IMG/VR virus record: IMGVR_UViG_3300037461_001292
Coordinates: 1 to 44,649 of that record
From: a virus
Taxonomy: Duplodnaviria; Caudoviricetes
Direction: 5' to 3' (one strand)
Length of the DNA stretch: 44,649 nucleotides
The notes below the pieces were generated by a model, which saw only the letters and a list, made by a program, of their open reading frames with translations, was not told the DNA's origin and did not search any database. Every line of letters begins with the position of its first letter. The first letter of the stretch is position 1. Position numbers and translations under genes: made by a program. Positions 16,111 to 25,870 of the stretch are shown in pieces.

Positions 16111-16425
16111 ATGGCAACATCAGCGACAATGAGCAGGTATATCAGGCGGACAACGACTGGTTACTTTATTGAAAGACCTACACGCATATCCGCTATCTGC
16201 GTTACACCAGCAGGCGGAGATGTCCATGTGGACTTTTATGATGGCGGTGCAGGCGGTCAGGTAATCTGGTCTATGGAAGCTGATGCGGGTGCGGGTTCAA
16301 CAACCATCAATTTTAACCCACCTTTGAATTTCACCACCAAAATCTATGCCACTATCGAGGATGCCGACCCTGCCAATAACGGGAGTGTCCAGATAGCGGT
16401 GGTTGAACCAGCCCTGCATGTTTGA
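16111..16425 (+). CDS. Small beta-rich putative virion protein
   Basis: RISAICVT...VDFYDG...INFNPPLNFTTKIYATI; capsid-proximal position. Confidence 0.65.
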   Translation: MATSATMSRYIRRTTTGYFIERPTRISAICVTPAGGDVHVDFYDGGAGGQVIWSMEADAGAGSTTINFNPPLNFTTKIYATIEDADPANNGSVQIAVVEPALHV

Positions 16426-16450
16426 TTTTTGAGCCGTTTCGTGGTATAAT
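16422..16450 (+). promoter_or_regulatory. Promoter of the glycosylation operon
   Basis: TTGATT-17-TATAAT with extended -10 TG; AAGGAG at 16461-16466. Confidence 0.8.
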
Positions 16451-16466
16451 AAGCAAATAAAAGGAG

Positions 16467-17831
16467 ATGCCAATGGAAAGTTCTAAAAAGTCAGTTTGCA
16501 TTTTTACTAATTTCTTTGATTACGACCCCGTATATTCCCTAATTCATGTTACCGAAGACCAGATTAAGATGCTTAACCGTCATGGGTATAAGCCGAAAGT
16601 AATCGTTTCCGAGAGTTTCCAGGCTGGCGGTGCGTTCAAGGATGCGGAACTTTTGAGAGTTCCCAATGTTCCCTGCCACAACGAGGTCAAAAAGGATGAA
16701 AGTTTTGATAAGGATGTCAGCTCGATAGCAACGGCTTTGAGGGAACACCTCAAGGGTGTGGATGTCTGTATTACGCAGGACATCGTTTATAAGCCCTCTG
16801 AGCTGAAATACAATTTCGCAGCACGGCAGGTGGTGGGGGAGTTCCCGAATATCCGCTGGCTTCATTGGATAAACTCGGCAACTCCCCCAGTCCAACTGGG
16901 TCAGCTGATGAATGTCTTTACCGACGAGTATCTTAACCTGGTAGCAAAACCGTTCCCCAACTCTTATTATGTGTTTTTTAACGACATCTCCAAGCCGTTG
17001 GTGGCTAAAAACTTCGGGGTAACGGAGAAAGAGGTCAGGGTTGTCCACCACCCTTCGGACTTGGATGAGATTTATGGAGTGAAAGATGAAAACCTCAAGA
17101 GGTTCATTGAGAAGCGTGATTTCTATTCTGCGGATGCTATTTGCCTTTATCCGTGCCGATTGGATAGAGGAAAACAGGTCGAATACGCCATCAAAACAAT
17201 GGCGAAAGTCAAGGAACTCGGAATGAGCGTCAGGATGGTGGTTGCCGACTTCCACTCAACTGGAGGGGATAAAGTAACCTACCGTGATGAGCTGAAGCAG
17301 ATGGGTCTTGATTGGGGTCTGACACCGCAGGACTTGGCTTTCACTTCCGACTTCTGTGACGATTGGAAAGTATCGGTTCCTTATGAGAATATCGTTGCCC
17401 TGTTCAGGATGGGCAATGTTTTCATCATGCCGTCGGTCTCGGAAAGCTATTCCCTGGTGACTCAGGAGGCAGCCCTGACGAAGCATGTGGTAGTGTTGAA
17501 CCAGGATTTCCCCCCTTTCAGGGATATTTTCGGACCGACGGCTATCTTCAGGAAATACTCAAGTAACTGGGATGTTCTGGCTGGCTATGACGAGGCAATG
17601 GGAAGGGTAAGAGATGGTGGGGATAAGGGAACTTTCACCAAATACGGTCCGGCTAACCTATCCGACCAGGAGAGGAAACGCTCGGAAGCCAACTACCACA
17701 AGGACACCGCAGGAATGATTGTGGACAGGCTGAGGAACGATGTGGCTATGGCTTTACAGATAAAGATTAGGAAAGAACGGGGCTTGGACTTCGTATTTAA
17801 GCAGGAATTGGAGCCTTTATTATATGCTTGA
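16467..17831 (+). CDS. GT-B (GT4-like) glycosyltransferase
   Basis: YPCRLDRGKQVE and VFIMPSVSESYSLVTQEAA (E-x7-E); true start may be 16473. Confidence 0.85.
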   Translation: MPMESSKKSVCIFTNFFDYDPVYSLIHVTEDQIKMLNRHGYKPKVIVSESFQAGGAFKDAELLRVPNVPCHNEVKKDESFDKDVSSIATALREHLKGVDVCITQDIVYKPSELKYNFAARQVVGEFPNIRWLHWINSATPPVQLGQLMNVFTDEYLNLVAKPFPNSYYVFFNDISKPLVAKNFGVTEKEVRVVHHPSDLDEIYGVKDENLKRFIEKRDFYSADAICLYPCRLDRGKQVEYAIKTMAKVKELGMSVRMVVADFHSTGGDKVTYRDELKQMGLDWGLTPQDLAFTSDFCDDWKVSVPYENIVALFRMGNVFIMPSVSESYSLVTQEAALTKHVVVLNQDFPPFRDIFGPTAIFRKYSSNWDVLAGYDEAMGRVRDGGDKGTFTKYGPANLSDQERKRSEANYHKDTAGMIVDRLRNDVAMALQIKIRKERGLDFVFKQELEPLLYA

Positions 17832-18591
17832 CGCTTGTATTATCGGTATGGGGATGGTCGGTCAGGCTACTGACCACGCCTTCAATATCGGGAAGCATTT
17901 TGACCTGAAAGGTAGTAATATAACCTTAGAGGAAGCCGCTACCAAGCGGTATATCTTTATTTGCCTGCCCACCCCCGTTGTAGACGGGAAATACCAGACA
18001 GATGACATCATTAAAATCATCAAACAAATCAGGGATTACAGCCTGGGGCAGAATGTATTTATTATCAGGTCTACCGTATATCCTGGGTTTTGCCGTCATG
18101 TTATGGATATTCTCGGTATCTCTTGGGTTGTTCATGTGCCGGAATTTCTTACGGAAGCTACCTGGAGGGAAGATGCGGAAAACCCAGACATCATAGTAAT
18201 CGGGGCAGATGACCTAGTTTTCAGGGAAGATGTCGAGGGGGTTTTCAGGGCAAGATACCAGAGGAGTGTGGAGATATTCACCACCGATACGGTTACTTCC
18301 GAACTTACCAAGATGGCAATAAACGGCTTCTATACCACCAAAGTTACCTATGCCAATGAGATATACGAGGTTGCCAGGAAAGTTGATGCCAACTACGAAA
18401 CCCTGAAGAATATCATGTATAAGCGGAAATGGATTGGCAATAATCACCTGGATGTCTGGCACAACGGGAAACGGGGAGTATCAGGCAAGTGCCTGCCCAA
18501 AGACCTGGAAGCCCTGGTTTGTATAAGTGACAGTAAATTATTAAAAGTAGTCAAGGAGCTGAATGAACGAAACCTCGGAAGAAAAGAATAA
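17824..18591 (+). CDS. ugd: UDP-glucose/GDP-mannose dehydrogenase family (short form lacking the C-terminal domain)
   Basis: IIGMGMVG, FICLPTP, IRSTVYPG, PEFLTE, ELTKMAIN, GKCLPKD. Confidence 0.9.
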   Translation: MLDACIIGMGMVGQATDHAFNIGKHFDLKGSNITLEEAATKRYIFICLPTPVVDGKYQTDDIIKIIKQIRDYSLGQNVFIIRSTVYPGFCRHVMDILGISWVVHVPEFLTEATWREDAENPDIIVIGADDLVFREDVEGVFRARYQRSVEIFTTDTVTSELTKMAINGFYTTKVTYANEIYEVARKVDANYETLKNIMYKRKWIGNNHLDVWHNGKRGVSGKCLPKDLEALVCISDSKLLKVVKELNERNLGRKE

Positions 18592-19360
18592 CCTCACCTC
18601 AATAATTATCCCGATAGCCAACAACGACTATCCCCTCTGCCACTATACGGGCTTCTGTATCGGCAATATCAGGGAATACACCAATCCCGAAACCGACCCA
18701 TACGAGATAATCGTGGTGGACAACGCCTCAACTGTCGGTTTGGGAGGCTGGGAATGGGAAAAGGTAGTGGACAAGTATGTGAAGAATGACGACAACAGGG
18801 GGTTTGCCGCAGGCATGAACCAGGGGTTCAAGATGTCCAGCGGTCATTATATCTGCTTTTTGTCCAATGATGTCTTTGTCTTTGAGAACTGGCTCTCCGA
18901 CCTCAAGGAAGGCTTGAAATACACCGATGCCTCAAATGCTGTTCCGATGTATGGGAAGCCTTGGGGCAGGGCGGTTGAAGCCAGGCAGTTAAGGCAGGAG
19001 TGGCTGGACAAGACACCTGACCAGTATCTTTGCGACTTCATGGACTTTTCCTGCTTTATCACCACCAAAGACATTGTCAAGGAAATCGGGCTTCTTGATG
19101 AGGAGTTCGGGCTTGGCTACAGCGAGGATGTTGACTGGCGGTTCAGAATGGAACAGAAAGGCTATAAGGTCAAGGGTAACAAGCGGGTGAATACCCTGCA
19201 TATCGGTGGTGCTTCCCGTCATGTTCTTGAGGGAGTGGGCGTAAACTTCGGCGAGATAATGGACAAGAATAAGGAATATCTGGCAAAGAAATGGGGGCTT
19301 GACGAACATGGACAGCCCTTGTTCAGAAGGGAGAGGGAGAAAGATGTTGAAAAAGTTTAA
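18563..19360 (+). CDS. GT2-like glycosyltransferase
   Basis: TSIIIP, EIIVVDNAS, NRGFAAGMNQG, LLDEEF...EDVDW. Confidence 0.9.
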   Translation: MNETSEEKNNLTSIIIPIANNDYPLCHYTGFCIGNIREYTNPETDPYEIIVVDNASTVGLGGWEWEKVVDKYVKNDDNRGFAAGMNQGFKMSSGHYICFLSNDVFVFENWLSDLKEGLKYTDASNAVPMYGKPWGRAVEARQLRQEWLDKTPDQYLCDFMDFSCFITTKDIVKEIGLLDEEFGLGYSEDVDWRFRMEQKGYKVKGNKRVNTLHIGGASRHVLEGVGVNFGEIMDKNKEYLAKKWGLDEHGQPLFRREREKDVEKV

Positions 19361-19547
19361 ACAATGGCTCAGGTTTTCCAAGCTCGGAAACGAGTTTGAA
19401 CCCGTAGAGGCAATCGTGGTCTACTGTAACAAGGCAGGGAATTACACCATGTGTTTCAGGAAAAAGGATACGCCAATCAACTTTAAGTGTCCGCTTTGCG
19501 GAAGTTATGTGCCTAATGGAGAACACAGGGGATGCGTTTTAGTCTAG
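19344..19547 (+). CDS. Small Cys-containing protein
   Basis: Start moved to MLKKFK; FKCPLCG; overlaps both neighbours. Confidence 0.55.
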   Translation: MLKKFKQWLRFSKLGNEFEPVEAIVVYCNKAGNYTMCFRKKDTPINFKCPLCGSYVPNGEHRGCVLV

Positions 19548-20269
19548 TTACCAGTTACTATGCGGGAAGCGAATTACGAATCAAACAACTCAACAGGGCT
19601 GTCAGGTCAGTCCTCGGTAACACTTTTACCGACTTTGAATACATTATCTACGACGACGGCTCCCCGAACAAAGTGGATTTACCAAACGACGGGAGAATGG
19701 TTCGTCTGGAAGGTCCGCACCTTGAAAGAATAATCGCCATCAACCGAGGCTTGGAAAAAGCCCAGGGCGATTGGATTTGGCTTATAGACGCAGATGACGA
19801 GATATTTTCCTATTCTCTTGAGTGTTTGGTCAAGATGATAGAAAAATATCCCGATTACAAAGTATTTAATTTCTCATCATTACATGTCTTTACCGATTAC
19901 GGAACAACCATTAGGGGACCTTTTGAACCAGAACCGCAGGATGTTGGACACGCTGTTTTCGGTGGCGGAAATGTCGTTTCAGGAACATACATCTTTAAGC
20001 GAGAGTGTTTCCAGGCACTCGGAGGATTTCCAGAAATCTGGAACCCTTGGGACTTTAGCAAAATGGCTCAGGAGGAGTTTCCTGAAATTGAGCAGTATTT
20101 TCTCATTGATAAGGAGAATGAGCCTCAGAAGGTCATCAGGGAATTAGGCAATCCCTGGGGTCAGGACTACTATATGTTTTATAAACTAACCAGGAAATAC
20201 CACAGCAAACCGTTCAATATCCCTTTATACATGGTTCACCATGAGAAACAGGAGAGGTATGTCAGATAA
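19532..20269 (+). CDS. GT2-like glycosyltransferase
   Basis: FEYIIYDDGS, AINRGLEKAQGDWIWLIDADD, GQDY. Confidence 0.9.
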   Translation: MRFSLVTSYYAGSELRIKQLNRAVRSVLGNTFTDFEYIIYDDGSPNKVDLPNDGRMVRLEGPHLERIIAINRGLEKAQGDWIWLIDADDEIFSYSLECLVKMIEKYPDYKVFNFSSLHVFTDYGTTIRGPFEPEPQDVGHAVFGGGNVVSGTYIFKRECFQALGGFPEIWNPWDFSKMAQEEFPEIEQYFLIDKENEPQKVIRELGNPWGQDYYMFYKLTRKYHSKPFNIPLYMVHHEKQERYVR

Positions 20270-20435
20270 ACCGATAGATGCAAGAGAAGCCGAGATTTTA
20301 CGGGCAATTATACTCAATTTGGGGGTACTCCCTAATGAGTTTATTAAAAGAGAAAATGGGGATTGTCGGGTTACAGCCGAGTATTTGGCTTTTGATATAA
20401 ATGAAAGATTAAAGAAATGGAAAATAAACCGATAG
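20259..20435 (+). CDS. Small hypothetical protein
   Basis: Start moved to MSDKPID behind GGAGAGG; bridges two GT genes. Confidence 0.5.
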   Translation: MSDKPIDAREAEILRAIILNLGVLPNEFIKRENGDCRVTAEYLAFDINERLKKWKINR

Positions 20436-21148
20436 ATATTTTCATTACCGCTTACCTGAGGCAGTTCTATACCCAGGAAACTATCAGGTATCTGGAGGAA
20501 CGCACCAAATACCCTTATCGGTTATTCGTCATCAACAACGGAGGCAACAATGAAGTCTGCGAAGAAGCGACCCGACAGAATAAGCTGTTTCTTGAAATCC
20601 GCCCTAGCTATAACCTGGGCATACATGCTGCTTGGAATCTTGCCCTGGGGATTGCGGAGTCGGATTATTTCATTACTTCGGACAATGATATCTATGTTTC
20701 TCAACTTGACCCTGACTGGCTTACACAGCTTGTTTCCTTCATGGACGCACGACCCGATTACGGAGCAATTTCACTTTGTCCTCATATATTTATCGGGGCT
20801 GTCGGTATTGACCCTGATGACCCAGAAGATGTGAAGGAACGGAATATGTGCGGGGCGGTTATGCGGATAATGAGGCGGGAAGCCGTCTGGAAAGCAGGTG
20901 GCTGGGAAAAGGTAATCAGGACAGGCAGAAACCATGAGGAACGGACAATCTGCTCAAGGCTACAGACCGCAGGCTACAAGGTCGGTATCTGCTCAAGGCT
21001 TAGGGCTTTCCACCCATTTGGCGACAACTGGGGATACCCTGAAGACTTCACTCCCCAAATGCAGGGGCATAATCCAGAGCTGAAAGAATATGTCAAGAGT
21101 TTCGGAAATATACACGCTTATAACCAACTAACATGGATGCCGAAGTAA
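20417..21148 (+). CDS. GT2-like glycosyltransferase
   Basis: IFITAY, FVINNG, NLGIHAAWNLAL, YFITSDND. Confidence 0.85.
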   Translation: MENKPIDIFITAYLRQFYTQETIRYLEERTKYPYRLFVINNGGNNEVCEEATRQNKLFLEIRPSYNLGIHAAWNLALGIAESDYFITSDNDIYVSQLDPDWLTQLVSFMDARPDYGAISLCPHIFIGAVGIDPDDPEDVKERNMCGAVMRIMRREAVWKAGGWEKVIRTGRNHEERTICSRLQTAGYKVGICSRLRAFHPFGDNWGYPEDFTPQMQGHNPELKEYVKSFGNIHAYNQLTWMPK

Positions 21149-21990
21149 CAATCATCATACCCAGCCTTTCAAGGCTTGCCGAACCGCACGATAACCTGAG
21201 AATGAAAAATGCGGAAAGGGAGTGCCTGACCTCTATTTTGGAAACTGCCGAAGATATGCCTTTGCTGTTTGCCTCAAATGGGGGTGATTGTGAACCATTA
21301 CCGGCAATTACCGATGGGTTGTTACAGGATGTCAAGCGTATCCACATTTGGGAACAGGGTCAATGCAAGGCGGTCAATGCCGCAGTTGCCGCCACCGATA
21401 CGGAATATGTAATGGTAACCAATAACGATATGATTTACCCTCCTGGGTGGTTTGAGGAAGCTACCAGGTATTTGGAAGTCTATCCGTTTGTTTGTGCGAC
21501 CTTGGTTGAGCCCAATGCTGGTGCTTCTACATTTATCAAAATGCCATTCGGAGGGGCGGGGGGGGATTTCCGTAAAGCCGATTTCCTTAACTTCGTTTCC
21601 GAATACCAGAAACTCCCGTTTCCGATGATGACTGGGTTTAACCTGCCGTTTATCATTAAGCGGGAACTTTGGGATTTGGTGGGGGGATACGATATTAACT
21701 ACGACCCGTGGGGAAGTAATGGCGATAGCGATTTGGAATACAAGCTGAAGTTGGCTGGAGTCCAGCCGATGCAGAACCGCAACTGGCTGGTTTACCATTT
21801 CTCGCAGACTTCGGGAACTTTCCACGCTTCAAAAACTGCTTACTGGCAAAAGAACTTCGCTTACTTTGAAGAAAAGTGGGGATTTAAGCGGACTGATAAC
21901 GGGATTTGGGACGCAACTTTCAAAATTGACTACGAAAAGTTACAATTTAGACCAAAGTGGGCTAAAATCCCCTCTGGTGAAATCGTGTAG
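21133..21990 (+). CDS. GT2-like glycosyltransferase
   Basis: VTIIIP, KAVNAAV, YVMVTNND, VGGYD...DSDL, VYHF. Confidence 0.85.
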   Translation: MDAEVTIIIPSLSRLAEPHDNLRMKNAERECLTSILETAEDMPLLFASNGGDCEPLPAITDGLLQDVKRIHIWEQGQCKAVNAAVAATDTEYVMVTNNDMIYPPGWFEEATRYLEVYPFVCATLVEPNAGASTFIKMPFGGAGGDFRKADFLNFVSEYQKLPFPMMTGFNLPFIIKRELWDLVGGYDINYDPWGSNGDSDLEYKLKLAGVQPMQNRNWLVYHFSQTSGTFHASKTAYWQKNFAYFEEKWGFKRTDNGIWDATFKIDYEKLQFRPKWAKIPSGEIV

Positions 21991-22022
21991 TATGCCTAAA
22001 ACGGCTTCTGGAGTATGAACCT

Positions 22023-22595
22023 ATGATAAGAGACCTTTCAAGCGTCTATCAAATTGAAGATTACATGATTAAGTGCGAATTGCCACGGGGCGATTTCAGT
22101 TCGGTGGACATCCAAGCTATTTGGGAAGATATTAAGGCACTTGAAAAAGGTTCGGTGGTTGTGGAGATTGGAGTACGGTTCGGCTGTTCGCTGACCGCTA
22201 TCGCCATTTTAGCAAAAGAGGGGGTACAAATCACAGGCATTGATATTGAAGACCCCGAAGGCAGGAAAGAATACTGGGAGCGTTGCGGATTGGACAAGGT
22301 AGCTAAGTTCATCTGCGGGAAATCGGTTGAGGTGGCAAAGGATTGGAATACACCGATTGACTTCCTCCACATTGACGGCAACCACTTTTACGATGGCTGT
22401 AAGTCCGATATTGACGCTTGGCTTCCCCACATGAAGAAAGGCGGGGTAATGGCTTTCCACGACTTTGACGAGTCAAGCCCTGGGGTAATGCACGCCGTTA
22501 CCGAGCTGGTGGATACCAGGGGCAGGGGACTTAGGCAGTTTATCCAGATGAAGAAACTGATACCAGGAACAAGCATAGCTAAAGTATATGTATGA
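22023..22595 (+). CDS. Class I SAM-dependent methyltransferase (Methyltransf_24-like)
   Basis: VVEIGVRFGCS, IDFLHIDGNH, GGVMAFHD. Confidence 0.9.
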   Translation: MIRDLSSVYQIEDYMIKCELPRGDFSSVDIQAIWEDIKALEKGSVVVEIGVRFGCSLTAIAILAKEGVQITGIDIEDPEGRKEYWERCGLDKVAKFICGKSVEVAKDWNTPIDFLHIDGNHFYDGCKSDIDAWLPHMKKGGVMAFHDFDESSPGVMHAVTELVDTRGRGLRQFIQMKKLIPGTSIAKVYV

Positions 22596-23566
22596 AAATA
22601 AATTTCGTTGGGTTATTTTCTGCACCAAGCGTTACTGGGGAGGTAAGCGATGAAACACATCTCGCTGAAGAAATGGAAAACTTGGGTCACGAGGTCAAGA
22701 GGATTCCGAGGGATATTTGGAAAGCCTACGTTGAAGGAAGAAATGAGTGGCCTGAAATTACTGATGACCTGTCTGCTGATGTCAACATTATTGCTAAGTG
22801 GCATCATTTTACTTCTAGCGATATCATTGGAAAACTTCGTGAAAAATCCTCCGGAGCCCCAGTTATGTACTGGGTATGGGATTATATGTTTAGCGAAGGA
22901 TTCCCAGACTGGCATCTTAAAATGTGCCATAGTGCCGACAGATACCTTTCAAATGAAGGAGGGCTTTCTCAAGAATACGCAAAGCTCGGAATAAACCATT
23001 ATTATTTCCCGTTTGATGTATCAGACAAAGTATATGACAAAATTGAACAGGACAAAATCTACGATGTTGCCTTTTTCGGTTCCTGCATTGGGCAGGGACA
23101 GCGAAGGGAGTGGTTGCCCCAAATTGACAAAGCCCACAGGCTCAAGGTCTTTAGCTGGAACTGGCAGGAGTGGCAGAAGCTCGGTCTTGATGCGGAACCT
23201 GCAGTCTATGGAGAAGACTTTGCTAAACGAGTGGCACAGGCAAGAATTATCCTCCAGTTCTCTGTTAATGATGGATGTTGGGGATATTGGTCTAACAGGG
23301 TTGGAAAAGTCCTTACAGTTGGGGGTTTCCTTTTGGCAAGGTATGCTCCAGGTATGGAACTGTTCCTCAGAGACGGATGTGACTACTTCTCATCAGTTGG
23401 CGAAGCGGTTGACAAGATTGGCTATTATCTGGAGCATGATGAGGAAAGAGAGCGAATTAGTGAGCGTGGGTATGAACTTGGCAGGGACAGGTTTACCAGT
23501 CATGCGAGAGTGAAAGAGTTACTAATTATGATGGAGAGGTATGTCAAGGAAAATCCTGTACGGTGA
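22592..23566 (+). CDS. GT-B glycosyltransferase (CgeB/Glyco_trans_1_2-like)
   Basis: YDVAFFGS, YWSNRVGKVLTVGGFLL, YYLEHDEERERISERG. Confidence 0.85.
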   Translation: MKINFVGLFSAPSVTGEVSDETHLAEEMENLGHEVKRIPRDIWKAYVEGRNEWPEITDDLSADVNIIAKWHHFTSSDIIGKLREKSSGAPVMYWVWDYMFSEGFPDWHLKMCHSADRYLSNEGGLSQEYAKLGINHYYFPFDVSDKVYDKIEQDKIYDVAFFGSCIGQGQRREWLPQIDKAHRLKVFSWNWQEWQKLGLDAEPAVYGEDFAKRVAQARIILQFSVNDGCWGYWSNRVGKVLTVGGFLLARYAPGMELFLRDGCDYFSSVGEAVDKIGYYLEHDEERERISERGYELGRDRFTSHARVKELLIMMERYVKENPVR

Positions 23567-24878
23567 GTGCACCTTCGGGAAGCCGGAAATAAAAGCGGTA
23601 AACAGGGTACTTAAAAACGGTTGGCTTTCAGGCGGGGTGGAAACCGCAGCTTTTGAAAAGGAATTGGCGGAGTGGTTCGGGGTGAAGTACGCCATAGCTA
23701 CCAATTCAGGTTCTTGCTCTAACTTCATTTCCGTACAGGCTCTTGGTCTGCCAGCAGGTTCGGAAGTGATTACCACCGCCGTGGCTTTCCCGACTACTGT
23801 TTCCCCGATGTACTACCACAACCTCGTTCCCGTCTATGTAGATGTGGAAAGCTACCTGAGCTTGGTGATTGACTTAAACGAGGTTGAGGAAGCAATTACC
23901 GAGAAAACCAAGGCTATCATGTTTGCCCATACCCTCGGAAATGTCTGCGATATGGAACGGCTGATGTACCTGGTCAAGAAGTACAAGCTCAAGCTGGTGG
24001 AGGATTGCTGTGATGCGGTAGGTTCAAAGTTTGATGGGAAGAAGGTCGGGACTTTCGGTGATTTGGCTACGGTTTCTTTCTATCCTTCCCACCACCTGAC
24101 CACGGGCGGTGAAGGCGGGGCAATCTTGACCAACGACCCTGGGCTGAACCGCACCTGCCGTTCAATCAGGGATTGGGGCAGGGCTTGTTTCTGTGCTTTT
24201 GACGAGAAGAACCCCTTGGGTGCGTGCGGACACCGTTTTTCCAACCCGCCTTTCGACCACCGCTATTTCTATACCAGCTTGGGGCTGAATATGAAGATGA
24301 CCGAAATTCAGGCGGCTTTTGGCAGGGAACAGATAAAGAGGCTTGACGGGTTTATCAGTAAGAGGAAAAGCAATTTCGATTACCTTTACGGTAAGTTGAG
24401 GTTCGGTAACCCTGGGATGAACTTGGTAATCCCCGATTGGGGAAACAAATGGAAACCCAGACCGTTGCCTTATCTTAAAGGCGGAAGCAAGTTATCCAGC
24501 AAGCCTGACGACAAAGACTACCGCAACCCAGACAGGTACAAGAAAAATGATGTGGATATTTCCTGGTTTGCCTTCCCCCTGACTTTCTATAACCTAGACA
24601 GGGGAAATCTGGTAAAGTATCTTGAGGAAAACGGTATCCAGGTACGGACTTTGTTTGCGGGAAACCTAACCGAACATCCTGCCTACAAACTCCGCAAGCA
24701 CAGGATTGCCAGTAAGCTGGAGAATACCGATATAGTCCTGAAAAACACGATATTTGTCGGTATCGGACCGAAAATCACCCACAAGGACATGGATTATGTT
24801 GCCGAGAAACTTATCAGTTATTTCAAGGAGTGCAGGAAGTTTTATCCTTATCCTTATATTGATACCTACGACCCATGA
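23541..24878 (+). CDS. rfbH: RfbH/DdhC-like NDP-4-keto-6-deoxyhexose 3-dehydrase (DegT/DnrJ fold)
   Basis: SFYPSHHLTTGGEGG with His at the Schiff-base Lys position; EDCCDA; RDWGRACFC...CGHRF Cys cluster. Confidence 0.85.
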   Translation: MSRKILYGECTFGKPEIKAVNRVLKNGWLSGGVETAAFEKELAEWFGVKYAIATNSGSCSNFISVQALGLPAGSEVITTAVAFPTTVSPMYYHNLVPVYVDVESYLSLVIDLNEVEEAITEKTKAIMFAHTLGNVCDMERLMYLVKKYKLKLVEDCCDAVGSKFDGKKVGTFGDLATVSFYPSHHLTTGGEGGAILTNDPGLNRTCRSIRDWGRACFCAFDEKNPLGACGHRFSNPPFDHRYFYTSLGLNMKMTEIQAAFGREQIKRLDGFISKRKSNFDYLYGKLRFGNPGMNLVIPDWGNKWKPRPLPYLKGGSKLSSKPDDKDYRNPDRYKKNDVDISWFAFPLTFYNLDRGNLVKYLEENGIQVRTLFAGNLTEHPAYKLRKHRIASKLENTDIVLKNTIFVGIGPKITHKDMDYVAEKLISYFKECRKFYPYPYIDTYDP

Positions 24879-25870
24879 AAAAAATACTGTTCATGCCCCC
24901 AGAACCCTGGTATGTTGAGGTACACATGGAGTACCTTATCAGGTACTTGGGTGGGGAATACTTAATGGAACAGGGAAACCCAGGCAACCCCAAGGAAAAT
25001 CCGCTTTACAAAAACCCAGACGATTACGACCTGCTGGTGCCTTTGTTGGCGACCCACCACCGCTTACCCTGGCAACAGTATGGAAAGAAAATGGCAACTA
25101 TCCTCTGGGAACCGAGGGAAGGTTGCTGGAGTAATACCGTATATTGTGCGGCTACCACTCCGTTGGTTGTCAGGGCTATGGAGAACGACAACTACGACAG
25201 GTTCATTGAAGTGACCCCAGGAATAGATACCCAGTTATTCCAGCCATTTCCACAAGCTAGGGCAGATAGCTTACTGCGTGTTGGAGTAATCGGCTGTATG
25301 CACAATGTAAGGCACAGGGTAAAAGAAATAGTCCTACCCTTGCTCGATATTCCTGGGGTAAAGTTTGACTTCTATACCAGAAACTTCTTTGCCGACAGGC
25401 AGAACGATACCGAGGAAGCCGGAGGGGAGAAGTTTACCGCCAATGTGGTTGACGGGAACAAACGCTGGGTGGGGATACCAAACCTCTACAACCGCATGGA
25501 TGTCCTCTTAAAAGTTGATGCCGACCCAGGGCTGACTTTCCCAGTCATGGAAGCCGCCGCCTGCGGAGTTCCGGTTATCGCTACCGATATCGGGATTGAG
25601 GAAGTCTTTGCCCGCAAGGGTGCTCTCTGGCTTATTGATGCAGATGAAGTTGACAATGACGGGAACGGCAGGAGTTGGTATTTGGGAAACACCGCCAGGG
25701 TAATAGAGAGGTGCAGGAAGGCTATTGAGTGGATGCGGGATAACCCTGAGAAGCGTAAGGAAATGGGAAAGCTCGGCAGGCAGGCAGTCCTTGACCTTTA
25801 CACCTGGGAAAAGCAGTTACCTAAATGGAGGGAGTTCTTTGATAAGGCTCTAAGTTATGTTCAAGAATAA
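24875..25870 (+). CDS. GT-B (GT4-like) glycosyltransferase
   Basis: PGIDTQLFQP, PVMEAAACGVPVIATDIG, EMGKLGR...YTWE. Confidence 0.88.
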   Translation: MKKILFMPPEPWYVEVHMEYLIRYLGGEYLMEQGNPGNPKENPLYKNPDDYDLLVPLLATHHRLPWQQYGKKMATILWEPREGCWSNTVYCAATTPLVVRAMENDNYDRFIEVTPGIDTQLFQPFPQARADSLLRVGVIGCMHNVRHRVKEIVLPLLDIPGVKFDFYTRNFFADRQNDTEEAGGEKFTANVVDGNKRWVGIPNLYNRMDVLLKVDADPGLTFPVMEAAACGVPVIATDIGIEEVFARKGALWLIDADEVDNDGNGRSWYLGNTARVIERCRKAIEWMRDNPEKRKEMGKLGRQAVLDLYTWEKQLPKWREFFDKALSYVQE

